A stretch of 64,000 nt of DNA. Origin: a virus. The notes below the pieces were generated by a model. That model was not told the origin of the DNA and did no database searches. It was given only the letters and a program-made list of their open reading frames with translations. Below, one piece after another: positions 58,227 through 64,000 of this stretch; the first letter of the stretch is position 1; the number at the start of each line of letters is the position of its first letter. The position numbers were made by a program, and so were the translations under genes. The stretch lies in the IMG/VR virus record IMGVR_UViG_3300042691_039521, positions 16,528-80,527 of that record; one strand, 5' to 3'.

Positions 58227-60077
58227 TTGGAAGATATCAGAGAGTATCTTGAATCAAAAGATTTGCAAGTAAAAGAGCGTGGCTCTGAGAATATCTCAAC
58301 CCACTGCATGTTTTGTGATGAAGATCCCAGCAAACCGGGTCGCCTTTATATAAATGTAGATGAAGCCGGAGACAAGTACGGTGTTTTCTTTTGTTTTCTT
58401 TGTCAAGCGAAAGGCAACTATAACACTATTCGTCAACATTATGGTGATCCACTTATTCATTTAGATCCCGTTGTCACCGAAAGTAATCCTATTTTTGACA
58501 TTGCAACAAAATATTATGAAGATCAACTTTTAAAAAACCCTCAACCTTATAAGTATTTAACAGATGATCGTGGACTTCATGATGAAACTATTCGCAAAGC
58601 TCGTTTGGGTTGGGCTGACGGTGGGCTATGCAACCATTTGGTTCAACAGGGCTTTGATCCTGAGGATATTAAATCAACAGGATTGGTCAACCGTTTCGGT
58701 GAAGACTTTTTTCATAACCAAATTACTTTTCCCTATTTGGAATATGGGGTGGCTCGCTCCATTCGTGGCAAAGGTATTGGTAAGAAAACAATTAGTTTAC
58801 CCGGTGAGCTTCCAATTCCTTATGGTCTTGATACGATATTGGGTGAAAAAACTGTCAGTGTTTGCGAAGGTGAAATTGATACATTGACAATGCACCAGCT
58901 TGGTTTCCCAACGATTGGTATACCTGGGGCACTTACATTTAAGAATGGTTGGGAAGAACATTTCGATACAGCCAAAAGAATTTATACAATTCTTGATCAA
59001 GATAAAGCTGGAAAAGCTGGTGCCGAAAAAATAGCTGGAATCTTGGGGCCTCGGGTACGTGTTGTTGAGCTACCTAAAAAGGGAATTGATGTTAACGATT
59101 GGTACCTGAAGTATGGCAAGAACGCTGATGATTTTGAGTATCTTATGCGTAAAGCCAAGGGTGGCTTGCTTATCTCTATCGAAGAAGCGATGGAGCGATG
59201 GACTGAAATAGAAGGTAATCCGCATGTCGATGGTCTTCGATTCGGTATTGAAGAAATAGATAGTGCTATGGATTTTGGTTTGATTCCCGGTCAAATCATG
59301 ACAATGATTGCAAGAACCGGTAACGGTAAAACTATTTGGACCTTGAACCTATTACATAGAATGAGGTTACAGAATCCAGAGATTAAAATCCTTTTTCTTT
59401 CCCTAGAGCAGACGCGTAATGAATGGTTCGAAAGAGCACATCGTATTCATAACTTTTATGAACCAGGAGCTTCCGTTATTGATACGGTCAATTTCTGGAA
59501 AAACAATATGTATATAGTTGATAAGAATCGTGTCACCGAAGACCAGCTTGTCGACTCTATAGATCAATTTCAGTATGAAATGGGAACTCTACCAGACTTC
59601 ACTGTCATTGATTATCTCGGCTATTATGCTCGTAGTTTTTCTGGTAATAATATTGAAAAAGTTTCTGATGCTATTATGGGGGCAAAAGCTATTGCTAAAG
59701 ACTTTGGTTTAGCAATGTTCCTTCCACATCAAGCTAATCGAACCAATACGCTTGGTACACGGTTGAGTATTGATCAAGCAAAGGATGCTGCAACGGTTGA
59801 GGAAACTAGCGATATCATGTTAACGCTGTGGCGACCAGATCAGCACGAGGAAGCTGGAGACGAAGCTGCTGGACAGGTTCGTCAAGAGATAGTTAAAACA
59901 CGACAGGGTGGGTATGGAACGTTGATTAAATATATTTATGCTCCCTTGACTTTTGCTATTATTCCATCTTCAGATCCTTTATATTCAAGAGTATTACAAG
60001 AACGACAGTTTGCTTTAGCTGGTGACGATTGGAAGAAAGCTGTGAACAGACATTTGACCGGTGATATGGATTTGTGA
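58227..60077 (+). CDS. Bifunctional DNA primase-helicase (Zn finger + TOPRIM + DnaB-like)
   Basis: CMFC...CFLC Zn finger; CEGEIDT and DQDKAG TOPRIM motifs; ARTGNGKT Walker A, LSLEQ, VIDYL, HQANR. Confidence 0.92.
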   Translation: MEDIREYLESKDLQVKERGSENISTHCMFCDEDPSKPGRLYINVDEAGDKYGVFFCFLCQAKGNYNTIRQHYGDPLIHLDPVVTESNPIFDIATKYYEDQLLKNPQPYKYLTDDRGLHDETIRKARLGWADGGLCNHLVQQGFDPEDIKSTGLVNRFGEDFFHNQITFPYLEYGVARSIRGKGIGKKTISLPGELPIPYGLDTILGEKTVSVCEGEIDTLTMHQLGFPTIGIPGALTFKNGWEEHFDTAKRIYTILDQDKAGKAGAEKIAGILGPRVRVVELPKKGIDVNDWYLKYGKNADDFEYLMRKAKGGLLISIEEAMERWTEIEGNPHVDGLRFGIEEIDSAMDFGLIPGQIMTMIARTGNGKTIWTLNLLHRMRLQNPEIKILFLSLEQTRNEWFERAHRIHNFYEPGASVIDTVNFWKNNMYIVDKNRVTEDQLVDSIDQFQYEMGTLPDFTVIDYLGYYARSFSGNNIEKVSDAIMGAKAIAKDFGLAMFLPHQANRTNTLGTRLSIDQAKDAATVEETSDIMLTLWRPDQHEEAGDEAAGQVRQEIVKTRQGGYGTLIKYIYAPLTFAIIPSSDPLYSRVLQERQFALAGDDWKKAVNRHLTGDMDL

Positions 60078-60113
60078 TACAATATAAGAACCCGTAGTCG
60101 AAGGGAATTTTAC

Positions 60114-60320
60114 ATGGACAAAATAGAATTAAAAGCATTAGAATCATTCTCTATAGAGGGGCGTGGACAGGGTTTCGTTGCGGATTCTTTTCCAGAAGAA
60201 ATAACAGATTTGCGTGGAACACATGTTATTATTCATGGTAAGGAATATGAAATTACAGCCGTGGAAACAGATGGAGATGCTAAAGGCCCACTAGGTATAC
60301 TAGTTAAAGAGATAGATTGA
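60114..60320 (+). CDS. Small beta-barrel protein resembling EF-Tu domain II
   Basis: ESFSIEGRG...ITAVET...GPLGILVK. Confidence 0.5.
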   Translation: MDKIELKALESFSIEGRGQGFVADSFPEEITDLRGTHVIIHGKEYEITAVETDGDAKGPLGILVKEID

Positions 60321-60700
60321 TGAAAGAACTAAATGAAGAAGGGTTTGAGGTTATTGATGGCAAACCCGTTAGATTATATGAAATTAGATTTACTGGTTCT
60401 ATCATTCTGGAACCAGAAGAAGCGGCTTCGATCGGTTCAGGCGACCAGATTTCTGCATTTGTTACCGGTCGAGTACAGCCGCCAAAGTTTTCACAGGTAG
60501 CAAAGACCGGAGAATACAAAAGACAAAACACTATTAAGCTTGAAGCTTTAATTCCGGTTGGAGTTGAGCAAGCATCATTTATATGTGACAATCTAGGTGT
60601 TAGTGTCAATGGTGTTAACGAAGGTATTATTGAAACTATTTATGTTCTTCCAGAAGAGGAACAGGATCTTGGGTTTAATCCAGAAGAGGGAGTTTTATAA
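60317..60700 (+). CDS. Hypothetical protein
   Basis: 127 aa ORF in a tightly coupled operon. Confidence 0.6.
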   Translation: MMKELNEEGFEVIDGKPVRLYEIRFTGSIILEPEEAASIGSGDQISAFVTGRVQPPKFSQVAKTGEYKRQNTIKLEALIPVGVEQASFICDNLGVSVNGVNEGIIETIYVLPEEEQDLGFNPEEGVL

Positions 60701-60954
60701 TGGCAAATACTTTAGGTATATTGGACAATTCACCCATTTTTGTTCATGCATTGGAGTTTGGTGAAAATGAAATAACCTTTCATTTTCAGGAAAACCGTGA
60801 AGTTGGTGACACTGTTATGGTTGCCAGGACAATGAGAATTCTTTTAGACACAGAAGAAAAACAAGAAATGTATCTTAGATTACAAGAATTTTCTTGTTAC
60901 TTTATTGATTCGGGATATGTTGAACTTAGACACCCCGACCCACCTACTGAATGA
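60700..60954 (+). CDS. Hypothetical protein
   Basis: 84 aa ORF with RBS, coupled. Confidence 0.6.
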   Translation: MANTLGILDNSPIFVHALEFGENEITFHFQENREVGDTVMVARTMRILLDTEEKQEMYLRLQEFSCYFIDSGYVELRHPDPPTE

Positions 60955-61445
60955 AGGTTAAGTGTGCAAATTGCAAAGAGTTTATTGATAAATCTGATGC
61001 TATTCCTCGCGGGATTAGTAACTTCTGTAGTACTGCTTGCTTATTTGCAAAAGCGAACAAAAGCAAAGAGCTTAAAAGAACAAAGCCTCCCACCAAGGTT
61101 AAAGACATACAAGTCAACAGAAGACTGGTATCTGATGAACTGACTGACGAAGTTCGTCAGCATGTTCTAGAGTTTGATGGATTTAAATGTAGACTATGTG
61201 GTCGCAGTAGTAGTAATTTAGTTTTTCATCATGTCATCTACAAGTCGGATGTTCGAAATAAGAGATGGCAAGATCAGATATCTAATGGAATTACATTATG
61301 TAATAGACCATGCCATCTTAGCGTGGTGCATGGTAATAAGAAAAGGTTTCAACCGCTTTGTTTGGGTATTATTTGGTTGAGAGAAGTTGAGAGAGATAGA
61401 CATACAACTATCTACGATTTGGAAAAGAGATTACAAAATGTATGA
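60951..61445 (+). CDS. HNH endonuclease with N-terminal Zn finger (NinG-like layout)
   Basis: CANC...FCSTAC; DGFKCRLCG...HHV...NGITLC..CH...H. Confidence 0.8.
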   Translation: MKVKCANCKEFIDKSDAIPRGISNFCSTACLFAKANKSKELKRTKPPTKVKDIQVNRRLVSDELTDEVRQHVLEFDGFKCRLCGRSSSNLVFHHVIYKSDVRNKRWQDQISNGITLCNRPCHLSVVHGNKKRFQPLCLGIIWLREVERDRHTTIYDLEKRLQNV

Positions 61446-61881
61446 TAAAGAAACTTTAGAAGAATTAGAGCTAGAAATTTCTTCTTTAACAGAAGAAGAT
61501 TTGGTTGAGTGGACTAATGAGAGAAAGTATTTTTCCGTATTTGATTTCAACGTGTACCAGAACTTGACTTTGAATTCAGCAGTCTATCCAAAAGCTGGCA
61601 CCGGTGCAATTGAAGCTTTGTCTTATTGCGGCCTTGGTTTAGGTGGTGAAACCGGAGAGGTTCTGGAACATCTGAAGAAGATACAGCGGGACAACAACGG
61701 TGTTGTATCACCAGAACGCCGTGAGGCACTCTCTAAGGAGTTGGGGGATATTTTATGGTATCTTGCCAGGGTAGCCTCAGAACTAGGCTTAGAACTCAAT
61801 ACAATCGCTCTGAATAATATTGATAAACTTCGGGATCGTATGGATCGTAACGTTATTCATGGAGATGGAGATAACCGTTGA
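61438..61881 (+). CDS. MazG-like nucleotide pyrophosphohydrolase
   Basis: LGLGGETGEV...KK..RD, KELGDILWY, N..KL..R..R..I.GDGDNR. Confidence 0.88.
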   Translation: MYDKETLEELELEISSLTEEDLVEWTNERKYFSVFDFNVYQNLTLNSAVYPKAGTGAIEALSYCGLGLGGETGEVLEHLKKIQRDNNGVVSPERREALSKELGDILWYLARVASELGLELNTIALNNIDKLRDRMDRNVIHGDGDNR

Positions 61882-62441
61882 GTTTTACCGTAGAAGATTA
61901 CAAGCAAATATATGAAGAAGAGAAACCATTTGCTGATCGTTTGGGAGATATACTCATAGATAAATTTAATCCATCTAGCGTTGCGGATTATGGTTGCGCT
62001 AATGGATTGTATTTACAACCCTTCTATAAAAGCCAAGTAAAGATTCACGGATACGAAGTTTCGAAAGACGCTTTGGATTATCCTGTGGTGCCGAGATACT
62101 ATCTCTCACTTATTAATGAGACAGATGTATTTGTTGGAGAAAGATTCTTTGATCTTGCACTATGTTTAGAAGTAATGGAACATATCCCTGAACAGTTTGC
62201 TGCATTAGCTGTTTATAACCTCACTAGTCTAACCGAGACTATCATTTTTTCAGCAGCGCAACCCGGCCAGGGTGGTAATGGACATATTAATTGCCAGCAT
62301 AAAGATTATTGGATTGACTTATTCGATAAGTTTAAGTTCTACTCAGACTATGATACTGCAAATGAGATTCTTAAAGAAGTTAAACAAGGTTATCACATGG
62401 GTTGGTTTGTAAATAATCTGATAGTATTAAGGAGAAAATAG
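61878..62441 (+). CDS. Class I SAM-dependent methyltransferase
   Basis: VADYGCANG, FDLALCLEVMEHI, IIFSAAQPGQGGNGHINCQ...YW. Confidence 0.85.
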   Translation: MSFTVEDYKQIYEEEKPFADRLGDILIDKFNPSSVADYGCANGLYLQPFYKSQVKIHGYEVSKDALDYPVVPRYYLSLINETDVFVGERFFDLALCLEVMEHIPEQFAALAVYNLTSLTETIIFSAAQPGQGGNGHINCQHKDYWIDLFDKFKFYSDYDTANEILKEVKQGYHMGWFVNNLIVLRRK

Positions 62442-62672
62442 ATGATAATCATGTTGTACGCATTTGGTTTGATTAATGGTTTCATTCTTGGAGTTGTTAG
62501 CATGAGAGATTCTAATGTTAAACGTGGCAGTTTTTTCAAAGAAAAAGCAGATGATCCAGAACAGTGGTTACTATATGTTCTTTATGGGCTTGTTGTGGGT
62601 ATATTCTGGCCAATCTCGTTGTTTGTTTACGGGTTAAGAAAATTTATTATTATAATGGAAAGTAAAAAGTGA
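62442..62672 (+). CDS. Small membrane protein
   Basis: Two hydrophobic segments, FWP motif. Confidence 0.6.
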   Translation: MIIMLYAFGLINGFILGVVSMRDSNVKRGSFFKEKADDPEQWLLYVLYGLVVGIFWPISLFVYGLRKFIIIMESKK

Positions 62673-62998
62673 CTAGACAAATAATGGACCCACAAGAGTT
62701 TAGAGATGAAGGTTTCCTACAGGAAGTTAATCGACAATTCTTTCACCCACTCGGCTTAGCTATGGCGGTGATGGTTGACTACGGGTTGGACGAAGATGGC
62801 CTTATGTCAGTTTCTATTTGGGATGAGCGAGATGATCCAGAGGGATGGTTCTTTGCCGAGGGTGAGATTGATGATGCTAAGGCTCAAAAGGTTGATGACC
62901 TTAAAGCCTCAAAATGGCTGTTGAGAAATAAGCTTCTTGGACATACTGGACCACCATTAGAAGAACCAATTCAGGGAATTAATGAGGTTGTAAAATGA
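62669..62998 (+). CDS. Hypothetical phage protein
   Basis: EFRDEGFLQEVNRQFFHPLGLAM...IWD.RDDPEG motif. Confidence 0.65.
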   Translation: MTRQIMDPQEFRDEGFLQEVNRQFFHPLGLAMAVMVDYGLDEDGLMSVSIWDERDDPEGWFFAEGEIDDAKAQKVDDLKASKWLLRNKLLGHTGPPLEEPIQGINEVVK

Positions 62999-63183
62999 AA
63001 TCTATTCAAGATCAAGTAATAGAAGATTTAGAACATCGTAAACAACTAGGTTTAAGCACCTATGGAACCTTACTGTATCCTCACAATGGTAGGGATCAGT
63101 TACAGGATGCATACGAAGAGGCATTGGATTTGGCATGTTATTTAAAATCTGCTATGATAGAGAGAGATGCTAATGAGGGTTGA
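62995..63183 (+). CDS. Small all-alpha NTP-pyrophosphatase-like protein
   Basis: R...G..TYG..L...NGRD.LQDAYEEALDL..YL (EExxD acidic helix). Confidence 0.55.
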   Translation: MKSIQDQVIEDLEHRKQLGLSTYGTLLYPHNGRDQLQDAYEEALDLACYLKSAMIERDANEG

Positions 63184-63418
63184 TTGGAGAATACAAGATG
63201 GGGTTTTGTCTGGGGGGATTCTCGGTACAAATATTTTCGTAGACATCGCCCGTGAACGAGGCATCTTCGAAGCTATACTTGGAACCCAGGGTTATACTGA
63301 TGGACCAGAAGATCCGTTCTGGTATCGACAGCTAATAACCAGAAAAAAAGATAATTCTCTTCTAGAGTTAATGAATTGGGCTGAGGAAGAATTAAAGTTT
63401 AGGAGTGGTCATGGATAA
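63167..63418 (+). CDS. Hypothetical protein
   Basis: 83 aa coupled ORF. Confidence 0.5.
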   Translation: MLMRVDWRIQDGVLSGGILGTNIFVDIARERGIFEAILGTQGYTDGPEDPFWYRQLITRKKDNSLLELMNWAEEELKFRSGHG

Positions 63419-63602
63419 TTATTTAATCAAAGGTCGCGTTACTAAAACAGAAGTATATGAATATAATTTTAATCTTTTTAGAATTGAAGTTAACTATCAA
63501 CTTCATGGAGATACTCCAAGATCTACCTCTTACCTTATGCCGAAGACTTTGACTCCACCTATAGTTGGACAGGAAATAGAGATTAGGATTGGTAATGGGT
63601 AA
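63405..63602 (+). CDS. Hypothetical protein
   Basis: 65 aa, small OB-like beta pattern. Confidence 0.5.
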   Translation: MVMDNYLIKGRVTKTEVYEYNFNLFRIEVNYQLHGDTPRSTSYLMPKTLTPPIVGQEIEIRIGNG

Positions 63603-63682
63603 TCTGCCAATCCTAAGCAATGTTTTACATGTCATCAAATAGCACTTGAACCATATTTAGATTCGTTAGGAATAGAGAGAAT

Positions 63683-63880
63683 ATGAATTATATAGTTGAG
63701 ATACAACCATGGAGCGGAGCCTATAACATTCCTTACTCTAGAGAGTTGGAAGATGAAATAGCAAAAACTGTGGTAGAATGGATTCAAAAAAATGTTGAGC
63801 ACCCCGGCAATTGGGTAACTCACATAACAGCACAAGATAACAATGGTATTCCTTATACCTCTGGAGCGAGAATCAATTAA
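63683..63880 (+). CDS. Hypothetical protein
   Basis: 65 aa; stop overlaps the DnaE start (TAATG). Confidence 0.5.
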   Translation: MNYIVEIQPWSGAYNIPYSRELEDEIAKTVVEWIQKNVEHPGNWVTHITAQDNNGIPYTSGARIN

Positions 63881-64000
63881 TGAGTTATGTTAATCTACAT
63901 TGTCACACATCATACAGCCAGCTAGATGGTGCATCGAAAATACCCGAGCTAGTATCCCGAGCCAAGGAGCTTGGGATGCCAGCCGTTGCATCAACAGATC
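63880..64000 (+). CDS. dnaE: DNA polymerase III alpha subunit (PHP domain N-terminus), truncated by the window end
   Basis: [40 protein letters not shown]: canonical LHxH..YS.LDG...A.ELG..A.A.TD. Confidence 0.85.
   Translation, partial: MSYVNLHCHTSYSQLDGASKIPELVSRAKELGMPAVASTD

Noticed and set aside
1-64000. Stop-codon reassignment (alternative genetic code)
   Set aside because: Genes are full length and densely packed under code 11; TAA, TGA and TAG all end genes at sensible positions

Overview
A 64 kb segment of a large, AT-rich (by eye about 40% GC) dsDNA tailed phage with siphovirus gene order; essentially all genes are on the + strand. Gene order: phage FliA/WhiG-type sigma factor; class Ia ribonucleotide reductase (nrdA-HNH-nrdB); holin-like gene and Holliday junction resolvase; an 8-gene glycan cluster (3 GT2-like, 1 GT11, 3 SAM methyltransferases, GDP-mannose 3,5-epimerase); terminase, portal, protease, scaffold, capsid; head-tail joining genes; an inserted collagen-fibre/endolysin block; tail tube, -1 frameshifted tail chaperone, a 4003-aa tape measure protein and tail-tip genes; then an early recombination/replication module (XRE, Cas4/RecB-like nuclease, Sak4-like ATPase, SSB, primase-helicase, HNH, MazG, start of DnaE). 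Best leads: (1) a soluble glycosylation and O-methylation pathway next to the packaging genes, whose likely substrates are Gly-X-Thr collagen fibres; (2) a two-tier promoter system readable from sequence, with sigmaA-type promoters and a CCGATA-N7-TAG late motif matching the phage sigma28-like factor; (3) a giant tape measure protein with two HTH-like inserts; (4) a structured intergenic RNA before primase-helicase; (5) a stand-alone EF-Tu domain II look-alike; (6) a nuclease gene with no canonical start codon. Beta-propeller repeats in the tail hub hint at an Acidimicrobiia (actinobacterial) host. All product calls come from motif recognition and synteny, not database searches.
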